The position numbers and the translations under genes were made by a program. DNA of 64,000 nt from Roseateles sp. (GTDB taxonomy: Bacteria; Pseudomonadota; Gammaproteobacteria; Burkholderiales; Burkholderiaceae_C): assembly GCF_965229315.1 (NCBI RefSeq), contig NZ_CBDDJA010000002.1, positions 1,053,960 through 1,117,959 of the forward strand. The letters are read 5' to 3'. Each line of letters opens with the position of its first letter. Position 1 is the first letter of the stretch. The notes below the pieces were generated by a model. That model saw only the letters and a list, made by a program, of their open reading frames with translations. It was not told where the DNA came from and made no database searches. This document shows positions 11,127 through 22,519 of this stretch, one piece after another.

Positions 11127-11282
11127 GTTGGGCATTCATTCGGCTGCTGCGCGGCCCGATCTTGCGCCTGCGATGCTCGCCGTACCTGAGTACGGCTGCG
11201 CTTCTCGACGCAACCTCGGGCCGCTCGCGACGCCGACTGAACGCCCAACACGGCGTTGGGACTGTTCTGGGAACCCACGCGG

Positions 11283-11714
11283 ATGACTGAGATGGCCATG
11301 CCCCCGGGCTTGTGGCTCTGGGCCGAGGACCAGACCTGGGCCCAGCTGCTGCCCGATGGCCATGTGCGCGTGGGCATCACGGCGCTGGGCTTGCGGGCGT
11401 CGGGCGAGGTCTACATGTGCCGGCCCAAGTCGGCGGGCAGCGTCGTCGAGCAGGGGCGCTCCATCGGCGTCGTGGAGCTGGCCAAGTCCATCGTGGCGGT
11501 GAAGTCGCCGTTGTCCGGCACGGTCGTGCGCGTCAATGGCGCGCTGGAGGACCGGCCGGAGCGGGTGCATCAATCGCCCTACGGCGACGGCTGGTTGGTG
11601 GAGCTGGCGCCGTCGGCGCTGGACGACGAGAAGGCCCGGCTCGCCATTGGCGAGCACGCCGTCCGCGAAGCCCTGCAGCACTGGGCCTGGCTCAACAAGA
11701 TCGACACGCCATGA
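11283..11714 (+). CDS. Glycine-cleavage H-protein-like lipoyl-carrier protein (orphan)
   Basis: Aligns by eye to GcvH: VGITALG..., GVVELAKSIVAVKSPLSGTVV versus [21 protein letters not shown] (lipoyl Lys retained), and SPYGDGWL. No gcvT or gcvP nearby. Confidence 0.75.
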   Translation: MTEMAMPPGLWLWAEDQTWAQLLPDGHVRVGITALGLRASGEVYMCRPKSAGSVVEQGRSIGVVELAKSIVAVKSPLSGTVVRVNGALEDRPERVHQSPYGDGWLVELAPSALDDEKARLAIGEHAVREALQHWAWLNKIDTP

Positions 11715-12088
11715 AGACCGGCCTGGCCATCCTGCTGTGGGCCGCGGACCCCGATGCGCCCGGGCGGCTGGCCACGCCGTTCGCGCACGCCTCGGCCGCC
11801 GGGGCGATGGAGATGCCGGTGGAGGTGTACTTCTCGGCGCGCGCCGTGCTGCTGCTCAAGCCGGGCGTGGCCGAGGGGCTGCGCGCGTCGGCGTACTTCG
11901 ACAAGACGATTGCGGCCTGGATGCAGGATGCCCTGGGCCATGGTGCGCGCTTCTTCGCCTGCTCGGACGCGCTGGCCGCGCAAGGGCTGACGATGGCCGA
12001 GCTGATGCCCGCCGCGCGGCACCACGGCGGTGCCGTGCAGTTCGTGGCCCGCGCCGCCGACCCGGCCTGGGCCACGCTGGTGTTCTGA
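11711..12088 (+). CDS. DsrE/DsrF-like (COG2044-type) sulfur-relay/peroxiredoxin-like protein
   Basis: 125 aa. The ATG overlaps the upstream stop (ATGA 11711-11714). Pattern GLAILLWAADP...VEVYFSARAV...FFACSDALAAQG...GGAVQFV is typical of small DsrE-like proteins with a single conserved Cys. Confidence 0.7.
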   Translation: MKTGLAILLWAADPDAPGRLATPFAHASAAGAMEMPVEVYFSARAVLLLKPGVAEGLRASAYFDKTIAAWMQDALGHGARFFACSDALAAQGLTMAELMPAARHHGGAVQFVARAADPAWATLVF

Positions 12089-12116
12089 CGCCGCGCGCTT
12101 GCCGCACACTGCGCGC

Positions 12117-12704
12117 ATGACGACGCAACACACCGCACTGCGGGCCCTGCTGGGCCGCTATTCGGTCGGCCCCAAGCACCTGGTCGAGCCGGGCCCGAAC
12201 GACGACCAACTGGCCTGCATGACCCAGGCCGCGCTGCGCGCCCCTGACCACGCCGAGTTGGTGCCCTATCGCTTCAAGCTGGTGCGCGGTGCCGCAAGGG
12301 AGGGCATGGCCGCCCTGTTTGCCGACGCGGCACGGGCGGCCGGCAAGGGCGAGGCCGGCGCGGCGCTGGACGCCGAGCGCGCACTGCGCCCGCCCATGAC
12401 GGTGGCCGTCGTCGCGCGCATCGACCTGGGGCACCCGCAGGTGCCGGCGCACGAGCAGTGGGCGGCGGTGGGCGGCGCCATCGCCAACTTCCTGGCGGCG
12501 GCCCACCTGCTGGGCTTTGGCGGCAAGATGCTCAGCGGCGCGAAGGTGCGCAACCCGGCCATCGCGGCGGCGTTCTGCGAGGCGGGCGAGACGCTGCTGG
12601 GCTGGATCGCGCTGGGCACGCCGGCTCGCCAACCCGCCGGCCCGGCCCGCAAACCCGCACCTGCCGAGGTGTTGCAGGATTGGCATCCGCCTTGCAAGCC
12701 TTGA
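12117..12704 (+). CDS. Nitroreductase family protein (YdjA-like)
   Basis: RYSVGPKHLVEPGP...AALRAPDH..LVPYRF...NFLAAAHLLGFGGKMLSG...LGWIALGTP is typical of the NAD(P)H nitroreductase fold. Confidence 0.8.
   Translation: MTTQHTALRALLGRYSVGPKHLVEPGPNDDQLACMTQAALRAPDHAELVPYRFKLVRGAAREGMAALFADAARAAGKGEAGAALDAERALRPPMTVAVVARIDLGHPQVPAHEQWAAVGGAIANFLAAAHLLGFGGKMLSGAKVRNPAIAAAFCEAGETLLGWIALGTPARQPAGPARKPAPAEVLQDWHPPCKP
12680..12697 (+). promoter_or_regulatory. Candidate sigma-54 (-24/-12) promoter for the urease operon
   Basis: TTGGCATCCGCCTTGCAA fits TGGCAC-N5-TTGCW with correct GG/GC spacing. It lies in the 3' end of the nitroreductase gene, about 90 nt upstream of the ureA ATG. Confidence 0.45.
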
Positions 12705-12783
12705 CACCATGCAACTCAAGCCCCCAGTCCGGCCCGCGCCTCGCGGCCGCCCGGGCTGACCCAAAAGAATCGAGCCCAGCGCG

Positions 12784-13086
<303 letters not shown>

Positions 13087-13093
13087 GACCGCC

Positions 13094-13270
13094 ATGCGCA
13101 AGCTGCTTCTGCTGATGCCCCTGATCGGGGCTTTCTGTGTGTCGGCCCTGGCGCACGAGGGCCACGGCGCGCCGGCCGCCCACCTGCATGGCTGGGACGG
13201 CGCCGGCGCGATGGCGCTGGTGGCCGCGGCCGGCGTGGCCGTCTGGTGGCTGGTCAAAGGGCGCAAGTGA
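13094..13270 (+). CDS. Small His-rich membrane protein resembling only the N-terminus of HupE/UreJ
   Basis: [58 protein letters not shown]: signal peptide, His cluster, one TM helix. The stop overlaps the ureB ATG (GTGATG). Confidence 0.5.
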   Translation: MRKLLLLMPLIGAFCVSALAHEGHGAPAAHLHGWDGAGAMALVAAAGVAVWWLVKGRK

Positions 13271-13571
13271 TGATCCCCGGCGAGCTGATCACCGCCGACG
13301 GCGAGCATGAACTGAACCCCGGCCGGCGCACGCTGACGTTGAAGGTCTCCAACACCGGCGAGCGGCCCATCCAGGTCGGCTCGCACTACCACTTCGCCGA
13401 GACCAACGCGGCCCTGGGCTTCGACCGCGAGGCCGCGCGCGGCATGCGGCTGAACATCTGCAGCGGCACGGCGGTGCGCTTCGAGCCCGGGCAGTCGCGT
13501 ACTGTCGAGCTGGTGGACCTGGGCGGCGATCGGCAGGTCTGGGGCTTCCGCGGCCTCGTGCAAGGCAAGCT

Positions 13572-13575
<4 letters not shown>
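13270..13575 (+). CDS. ureB: Urease beta subunit
   Basis: [20 protein letters not shown]...[13 protein letters not shown]... is the canonical UreB sequence. Confidence 0.96.
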
Positions 13576-15290
<1,715 letters not shown>

Positions 15291-15316
15291 GCGTCGGGCG
15301 CGCCGGACAGTATTTC

Positions 15317-15401
15317 GGTAGGTTGGGGTGAGCATCGCGAACCCCAACGTTCGCGTCGTCGGGGCTTGTTGGGGTTCTCTGCGTTCACCCCCAACCTACG
15401 G
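15317..15401. repeat. REPIN (inverted REP doublet)
   Basis: GGTAGGTTGGGGTGAGCatcGCGAACCCCAACGT followed by the inverted copy TTGTTGGGGTTCtctGCGTTCACCCCCAACCTACGG. Begins 27 nt after the ureC stop. Confidence 0.8.
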
Positions 15402-15528
15402 GCTATTGACAGTACGTTCCCCGCATCCATAGCGCCCCCTCATTCGCGCCGTTCGAGCGCATGTTGCCATGGCGTCTTTGGGTTCGCTTCTTGGTGGGCC
15501 AGAATCGGCTCACAACGGGAGGAGACCA

Positions 15529-16085
15529 TGGGCGGGATGCAACGTGTAATTCTTGTGCTTGGTGCGGCTGCGATTGCAAGCGAGCTGGCATCGTGTAGCA
15601 AGACGGAGAATGGCGCGCCTCAGGCCGCTGTTGCCAGCGACCCTGTCGCTGCACTCAAGGCGGTCATGGCGAAGGCCAAGGCATCCGTTGACGCCGAGCC
15701 TGATTGGACCGTGCCCCCGGGCGGCTTCCAAACCAAGTGGTCTCGCTCGAAGGCTACGCTGGCTGAAACCTATGCGATGGATGTGCAGAAGACGCAGTCG
15801 CTGGTCTCCCCTTACGTCGGCTCTGTGGAATTCTCATGTAACGAGCGCTTGAACGAGGCTGAGTCGGAAGGCGACGCGAAGTCGCAGCCTCTGACAATCG
15901 AGAACAGCTACGCCTGCCGCGCGGCGCTCGCGCATCAAGACGGCAAGTGGGTGTTCAAGGAAATGAAGTGCGCGGGCGGAACTCCCGCTGCCGACTGGAT
16001 ATTCATCCCGTCAGGTGATGGCGGTGCGCATGGGCGATGCCGCAGGGCTATCGAGTCTGCGACCCAACTCGTTAGGTTGGGATAA
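15529..16085 (+). CDS. Hypothetical lipoprotein
   Basis: MGGMQRVILVLGAAAIASELASCSK has a lipobox (LASC). Visibly lower GC than the surrounding DNA. The C-terminus and stop codon (..LVRLG*) lie inside a REP copy. No family recognised. Confidence 0.5.
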
Positions 16086-16122
16086 GCCCGTAGGTTGGGG
16101 TAAGCCTGCGCACCCCAACATC
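16071..16122 (+). repeat. REP copy plus partial REP head
   Basis: GTTAGGTTGGGATAAGC followed by CGTAGGTTGGGGTAAGCctGCGCACCCCAACAT. Confidence 0.7.
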
Positions 16123-16193
16123 TGGGTCGCTGGGATTCGCCGCGCTCACCGCACCTCTCTAGCTTCGCGACGGGTGTGCCTGTTCGGGCCGCG

Positions 16194-16493
16194 TCAGGCT
16201 AGCTTCCGTACGGCGTCCAGCGTCTTGGCCTTCATCGCTTTGGTCAGCTTGTGGAAGACCAGCAGGAACTCGGCCGTCGTGTCATCGGCCTCGTAGAAAT
16301 AAGAGGCCGGCACACCCAGCACGGCGCCAACGCGCTCCATCAGTTCCAACGACGGCGCCCGGGCGCCCGTTTCGTAGCGGTTCATCCGGGTGCTGGCCGA
16401 CTCCGCCTCCAACCCTGCGTCGAGCCCCAACTTTTCCTGCGAGAGGCCTGCGCGCAGCCTGGCCTCCTTCAATCGCTTCCCGATCACTGACAT
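16194..16493 (-). CDS. XRE-family helix-turn-helix transcriptional regulator
   Basis: Internal ATG of track ORF 16194..16652. MSVIGKRLKEARLRAGLSQEKLGLDAG... is a classic Cro/C1 HTH; 99 aa. Confidence 0.8.
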   Translation of the reverse strand: MSVIGKRLKEARLRAGLSQEKLGLDAGLEAESASTRMNRYETGARAPSLELMERVGAVLGVPASYFYEADDTTAEFLLVFHKLTKAMKAKTLDAVRKLA

Positions 16494-16543
16494 GCGCGCC
16501 CGTGCAGCAAAAGCGCGAATCCTGTCTGTGCCGCTTGCGCAAA

Positions 16544-16564
16544 ATACTACCGTCTTGGTAGTAT
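16544..16564. promoter_or_regulatory. Candidate operator palindrome
   Basis: ATACTACC-gtctt-GGTAGTAT has perfect 8-bp arms. An extra half-site CGGTAGT lies at about 16575. Sits in the divergent region between the XRE gene and the IS-disrupted ORF. Confidence 0.4.
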
Positions 16565-16801
16565 GTTGCCAAAACGGTAGTCGCAGTTCGACTCGCTTAG
16601 GTCGGAGGTTGCGATCAATCTGGCCAGTGCAGCGCGAAGGCGCGGTTCTCATCTGTTCGCATGCTCGTCAGCAAGACGGCATCGAACGCTTGTCAGGAGC
16701 TTGACGTGAACGACACCAGCATCCCATCAACGCCCAGTGCTTCCACGGGTATGAATCGCCCCGGGTTTCGAGGAGGCTCAACACTCTGAGAGGATTGAGC
16801 C

Positions 16802-18027
<1,226 letters not shown>

Positions 18028-18363
18028 CTTAAACCGAAAGGCCTCCGCGATTCCCGGGGCGGTTCAGTATGTCCGCCGGCCTAGTGACTGCGGCGGATGA
18101 CACCGACCCTGGCGTCGAGCCCGTGGCGGTCAGTTCGTCCAACGCGGGCGACAGCGGCTCCCCGCCTGACACATCTCATTCCGCCTGGGCGGTGCTCGAT
18201 GACGCCTGGCTGGTGCTGAAGCGCGCCGAGTCCGTTGTGTTGCTGATGGGGCAGGGGCCGGACCTGCCGGAGCAGCACGTCTATGCCGCCGAGGTGGCGT
18301 GCGAGCTGCTTGAGAGGTTGAAGGACCAGTTGCGCACGGCTCAGGAATTGGTGCGGCCAGCTC

Positions 18364-18548
18364 GTAGGTTGGGGTGAGCCCGCAACCCCAACGTTTGACG
18401 TCCGAGTTTGTTGGGGTTCACTCCGTTCACCCCAACCTACCGAACCAAATGCGGGATCGGGTTTAGTTCGTAGGTTGGAGTGAGCGCGAACCCCAACGTT
18501 TGACCATCCGAACGCGTTGGGGTTCACTGCGTTCACCCCAACCTACGC
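18364..18548. repeat. Two tandem REPINs immediately upstream of the RAYT gene
   Basis: 18364-18441 and 18469-18548. Each is GTAGGTTGG(G/A)GTGAGC..GCGAACCCCAACGTT followed by an inverted copy GTTGGGGTTCAC..GTTCACCCCAACCTAC. Confidence 0.85.
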
Positions 18549-18556
18549 AAGACGCC

Positions 18557-19081
18557 ATGCGCTACCGCCGCGCTGACACGCCGGGCGCCACTTACTTCTT
18601 CACGTTGAATGCGGCGGACCGCAGCGGTCAATTGCTGACGGACCACATTGATGCATTGCGGGCCAGCTTCCGCGCCGTTCGTCGCTCACGCCCTTTCGTC
18701 TTGGACGCGATCTGCGTGCTGCCCGACCACCTGCACCTGCTGATGACGCTGCCGCCCGACGACGCGGATTTCGCCACGCGCATCATGCTCATCAAGCAGG
18801 GCTTTTCGCGGCGGGTGCCCCAAGGTGAGCGGATCAGCGCGAGCCGGGCAGCCAAGGGCGAGCGAGGGCTTTGGCAGCGGCGCTATTGGGAGCACCTGAT
18901 TCGCGACGATGCCGACTTCGAACGGCATGTGAACTACATCCACTTCAACCCGGTGAAGCATGGCTGGGTAGAGCAGGCGGTCGATTGGCCGCATTCGAGC
19001 ATTCATCGGTTCATCCGCGAGGGTGCGATTGACGCCTCGTGGGCGGGTGTTCGGGGTGAGGCCATGGAGGCGGGGGAGTGA
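18557..19081 (+). CDS. REP-associated tyrosine transposase (RAYT, IS200/IS605 Y1 family)
   Basis: MRYRRADTPGATYFFTL...LPDHLHLLM (HUH motif)...RRYWEHLIRD...HVNYIHFNPVKHGW (catalytic Tyr motif). Flanked by REPs on both sides. Confidence 0.88.
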   Translation: MRYRRADTPGATYFFTLNAADRSGQLLTDHIDALRASFRAVRRSRPFVLDAICVLPDHLHLLMTLPPDDADFATRIMLIKQGFSRRVPQGERISASRAAKGERGLWQRRYWEHLIRDDADFERHVNYIHFNPVKHGWVEQAVDWPHSSIHRFIREGAIDASWAGVRGEAMEAGE

Positions 19082-19082
19082 G

Positions 19083-19143
19083 GCGTTGGGGAGCGATGCC
19101 GGGAGTGAGGCGCTGGGGTTCGCAGGCTCACCCCAACCTACGG
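19083..19143 (-). repeat. REP copy (plus degenerate partner) downstream of RAYT
   Basis: GCTGGGGTTCGCAGGCTCACCCCAACCTACGG at 19112-19143, preceded by a degenerate GGCGTTGGGGAGC... copy. Confidence 0.7.
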
Positions 19144-19232
19144 CGGTGATCACGGCTGCGAACGCATCAAGACAAAGGGCCTGCATCGCAGGCCCTTCGT
19201 CGTTCAGCAGCGCCCGAGCGCCGCCGCATTCA

Positions 19233-21269
19233 TCACCAGATGACCACCCGCTTGTCCTCGGGCCGCACCATCGCGTCACCCGCCTTGCAGCTGTAGGCCT
19301 TGGCGAAGGCCGGCATGTTGGATGGGGCCGCGTTGGTGCGAAAGCCCGCCGGGGCGTGGGTGTCGGTGTTCAGGCGCACCAGCTGCGCCTCGGGGCGGAT
19401 GTTGCCGGCCCAGACCTTGGCCCAGTTCATGAAGAAGCGCTGGTCGCGGCTCAGGCCGTCGAGCTTGGGGTCGGGCTGGCCGGCCGTGGCCTTGACCATC
19501 GCGTCATAGGCCATGTTCAGGCCGCCGAGGTCGCCGATGTTTTCGCCCAGCGTCAGGCGGCCGTTGGCGTGCTTGTCGGGGTACTGCGGCAAGGGCGCGT
19601 AGGCGTCGGCCTGGGCCACGAGTTTGTTGGCGCGGGCCTCGAAGCGTTGGCGGTCCTCGGCCGTCCACCAGTTGGCGTTGTTGCCTTCGCCGTCGAACTG
19701 GCTGCCCTGGTCGTCGAAGCCGTGGCCGGCCTCGTGGCCGATGACGGCGCCGATGCCGCCGTAGTTGATGGCGTCGTCACCGGTGGCGTAGAAGAAGGGC
19801 GGCTGCAGGATGGCGGCGGGGAAGTTGATGGTGTTGGTGGAGGGGCTGTAGTAGGCGTTGACGGTCTGCGGCGTCATGTTCCACTCGTAGCGATCGGTGG
19901 CCTTGCCGATCTTGGCCAGGTTGTAGCGCTGGTTGAACTGGCGGGCGGCGCGCAGGTTGGCGTAGTGGCTGTCGGGCTTGACGGTGAGGCCGCTCCAGTC
20001 GCGCCACGTGTCCGGGTAGCCGATCTTGGGCAGGAAGGTCTGCCACTTGGCGATGGCCTTGGCCTTGGTCTCGGGGCTCATCCAGTCGAGGTTCTCGATG
20101 CGCGCCTTCAGGGCGTTGCGCACGTTGTCCACCAGCTGTTGCGCGCGCACCTTGGCGTCGGGCGTGAAGTACTCCTTCACGTAGAGCTGGCCCAGCGCCT
20201 GGCCCATGCTGGCGTTGACGGCGCCGAGTGCGCGCTTCCAGCGCAGCTCCTGCTCGGGCGTGCCGTTGAGGGTCTTGCCGTAGAACGCGAAGTTCTCCTC
20301 CTGGAAAGCCTTGGACAGCGCGGGCGAGGCGCCGTCGAGGGTGTGGAAGGCGAAGTAGGCCTGCCATTGCGCCACCGGGGCCTCGGCCAGCAGCTGGTCG
20401 AGGGCGGCGAAGAACCTGGGCTGCGACAGCGAGAAGCCACCGGCGGCGTTGACGCCGGCGTCGACCTGCATGACCTTGAAGTACTGGCCCCAGTCCCAGT
20501 GCGGGGTGACCTTGTTGGCCTGCTCGACGGTGACGAAGTTGTACTGGTTCTCGGGCTTGCGCAGTTCCACGCGCTGCAGCGACGCGGCGGCCAGTTGGGT
20601 CTCCAGCGCCATCACGAGGGCGGCGCGCGACTGCGCCTCTTCGGCCGGGCTGCCGGTCAGCTCGAACAGCCTGGCGATGTGGGCCACATAGGCGGCGCGC
20701 AGCTTGGCGTATTCGTCCTTGCTGTAGTACTCGGGGCCGGGCAGGCCCAGGCCGCCCTGGCCGGCAAAGGCGATCTGGCGCTTGGCGTTCTTGTAGTCGG
20801 CACTGACGCCGAAGCCGAAGGCGCGCCCCTCGGCGCGGGCATGGGCCTGCTGCAGCCAGGTGACGATGTCGGCGCGCGTCTTCAGCGCATCGATGGCCGC
20901 AAGCGCCGGCTGGACGGGCGTGAAGCCGGCGCGCTCGATGGCGGCCTCGTCCATCGCGGCGCGGTAGAGGAAGCCGATCTTCTGCTCGATGGAGCCGGCG
21001 GCGGCGCGGTCAGCGTTCTTGGCCGCGTTCTCGACGATGCCGCGCTGCGCGTTCAGGCTCTTGTCGGCCAGCGCGTCGAAGCTGCCCCACCGGCTCTTGT
21101 CCGACGGGATGGGGTTGGCCTGGATCCAGCGGTTGTTGGCCCAGGCATTGAAGTCGGTGCAGGCCGACTGGGTGTCGTCCACATCGGGCACGAAATCGGG
21201 GACGGCGGCGGCGTGGGCAAGGCCGGCGCAGCACAGGGTGGCAGCCAGGGAGATAGCGCGAAAGGTCAA
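19233..21269 (-). CDS. M13-family zinc metallopeptidase (PepO / endothelin-converting-enzyme-like), secreted
   Basis: VIGHEAGHGFDDQG (HExxH), GENIGDLGG, NAYYSP motifs. Preferred start is TTG at 21269 (GGAG 7 nt upstream), giving signal peptide MTFRAISLAATLCCAGLAHA. The track ORF extends to 21626. Confidence 0.88.
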   Translation of the reverse strand: MTFRAISLAATLCCAGLAHAAAVPDFVPDVDDTQSACTDFNAWANNRWIQANPIPSDKSRWGSFDALADKSLNAQRGIVENAAKNADRAAAGSIEQKIGFLYRAAMDEAAIERAGFTPVQPALAAIDALKTRADIVTWLQQAHARAEGRAFGFGVSADYKNAKRQIAFAGQGGLGLPGPEYYSKDEYAKLRAAYVAHIARLFELTGSPAEEAQSRAALVMALETQLAAASLQRVELRKPENQYNFVTVEQANKVTPHWDWGQYFKVMQVDAGVNAAGGFSLSQPRFFAALDQLLAEAPVAQWQAYFAFHTLDGASPALSKAFQEENFAFYGKTLNGTPEQELRWKRALGAVNASMGQALGQLYVKEYFTPDAKVRAQQLVDNVRNALKARIENLDWMSPETKAKAIAKWQTFLPKIGYPDTWRDWSGLTVKPDSHYANLRAARQFNQRYNLAKIGKATDRYEWNMTPQTVNAYYSPSTNTINFPAAILQPPFFYATGDDAINYGGIGAVIGHEAGHGFDDQGSQFDGEGNNANWWTAEDRQRFEARANKLVAQADAYAPLPQYPDKHANGRLTLGENIGDLGGLNMAYDAMVKATAGQPDPKLDGLSRDQRFFMNWAKVWAGNIRPEAQLVRLNTDTHAPAGFRTNAAPSNMPAFAKAYSCKAGDAMVRPEDKRVVIW

Positions 21270-21468
21270 GAGAGAACTCCGTACGGGGCACAAAACGCAA
21301 AGCGTGCACCATAGCCGCGCGCGCGCCGTGCGGGCCATACCGGAAGTCATCGAGCCGTTTGAAAAGTGCGCGGGCCCCGGCTGTGCCGCCCGGGCTGGCC
21401 CACCGGTCGGCAGGCGCCAGAAAGCGAAATGCCCGCCGAGGCGGGCACCGCTCAGGCCGGCGCCGGCA

Positions 21469-22125
21469 TCAGCCTCGGCGGCGTGCCCGCCACAAGCCGA
21501 GCCCGGCCAGCCCGGCCAAGGCCAGGACCGCGCTCGCCGGCTCCGGCACGGCCGTGACGGCACCGACGCCGATGCCGGCGCCCGTGTTGTCGTAGGCGTA
21601 GCCGATGATGGCACGGGCCGGGTCATTGAAGGCCGTGCCGATGGACAGGCGCATCCAGCCGTAGTTCGTCGCGCCGGTGGCCTCGTTGAGGAACGAGAAG
21701 CCGATGTAGTTGTTCGTGCTGTTCAGCAGGAAAGCCGTGGCGCCCGTCTCCGTCTGCAGGCCGCCGGGAGACAGTGACGTGCCCAGGCTGGCATTGACCA
21801 GCGTGCCCAGCGCCAGGTTGTCGGCCGCCGAGGTCGAGGCGCCCAGGCCGGTCACCACGCCACCGCCCGTGTTGCCCCAGGCGAACAGGCTGCCGCTGCC
21901 CCACAGGTTCAGGTCCCACCCCGGCGTGGCGCTCGACGAGGTGCCGGTGGCACCCGTGACCACGTTCAGGTAGATGCCTGCCGTGGAGACGGGGATCGCG
22001 ATGCTGGTGGTGCCGCTGTACACCACGTCGGCGTGCGCCTGCATCGACGCGACCGATCCGGCGACCAGGGCAAGGGCGGCTGCCACGCCCTTGAGCGTTG
22101 AGAGATGGATGACGGGACGGGTCAT
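21469..22125 (-). CDS. PEP-CTERM sorting-domain protein
   Basis: ATG at 22125 with GGAGA upstream. Signal peptide, a Gly/Thr/Ser-rich body, and the C-terminal VPEPASAVLALAGLAGLGLWRARRRG PEP-CTERM anchor. Confidence 0.85.
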   Translation of the reverse strand: MTRPVIHLSTLKGVAAALALVAGSVASMQAHADVVYSGTTSIAIPVSTAGIYLNVVTGATGTSSSATPGWDLNLWGSGSLFAWGNTGGGVVTGLGASTSAADNLALGTLVNASLGTSLSPGGLQTETGATAFLLNSTNNYIGFSFLNEATGATNYGWMRLSIGTAFNDPARAIIGYAYDNTGAGIGVGAVTAVPEPASAVLALAGLAGLGLWRARRRG

Positions 22126-22233
22126 GGTGAAGGGTTCTCCTGGCAAATGGGTGCGCTGAGTGTGCGAGATGCAGCCGCAGCCGGATGTCCCCCGCATGGA
22201 TGACATTCCGAGCAAGTTTGATGAGAGGGTTTT

Positions 22234-22279
22234 CACCTGCACCTGCACCTGCACCTGCACCTGCACCTGCACCTGCACC
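22234..22279. repeat. Perfect hexanucleotide tandem repeat (CACCTG)7 plus a partial unit
   Basis: Counted directly in the sequence. Lies 109 nt upstream of the PEP-CTERM gene start, in a divergent intergenic region. Confidence 0.95.
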
Positions 22280-22306
22280 GGCATCGACATTCAGCCGCAG
22301 CAAGGT

Positions 22307-22426
22307 GGTGGGTCGGGGTGAGCGTAGCGAGCCCCAACGCCCCTTTTCCCGTGTCGGCCGCCATGCCACTGACGTCTGCCAACAAGGCGGTGATGTTGGG
22401 GTTCGCAGGCTTACCCCAACCCACGG
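22307..22426. repeat. Degenerate REPIN with long spacer
   Basis: GGTGGGTCGGGGTGAGCgtaGCGAGCCCCAACGC ... GATGTTGGGGTTCGCAGGCTTACCCCAACCCACGG. Confidence 0.65.
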
Positions 22427-22519
22427 GGCCCATCGACCCCGGACTTTCCCGGTGTCACTTCGGATACGGCTGGCGCCGTTCGCGACACTCTGGGGCCCGG
22501 TCCTTCCATCCCTGCCGCC

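Noticed and set aside
11127-11282. tRNA-Sec as an integration site for a genomic island (as with selC in E. coli).
   Set aside because: No integrase gene and no direct repeat of the tRNA 3' end could be seen downstream. The flanking trio has the same high-GC character as core genes.
18364-18548. REP clusters or the (CACCTG)7 tract as a CRISPR array.
   Set aside because: The repeats are inverted doublets or a 6-nt microsatellite. There are no 25-40-nt unique spacers between constant direct repeats and no cas genes in the window.
22126-22290. N-terminal extension of the PEP-CTERM ORF encoding MSMP(VQ)7VK...
   Set aside because: The extension is simply the hexamer repeat read in frame. ATG 22125 has a GGAGA Shine-Dalgarno sequence and yields a normal signal peptide, so the repeat is treated as non-coding.
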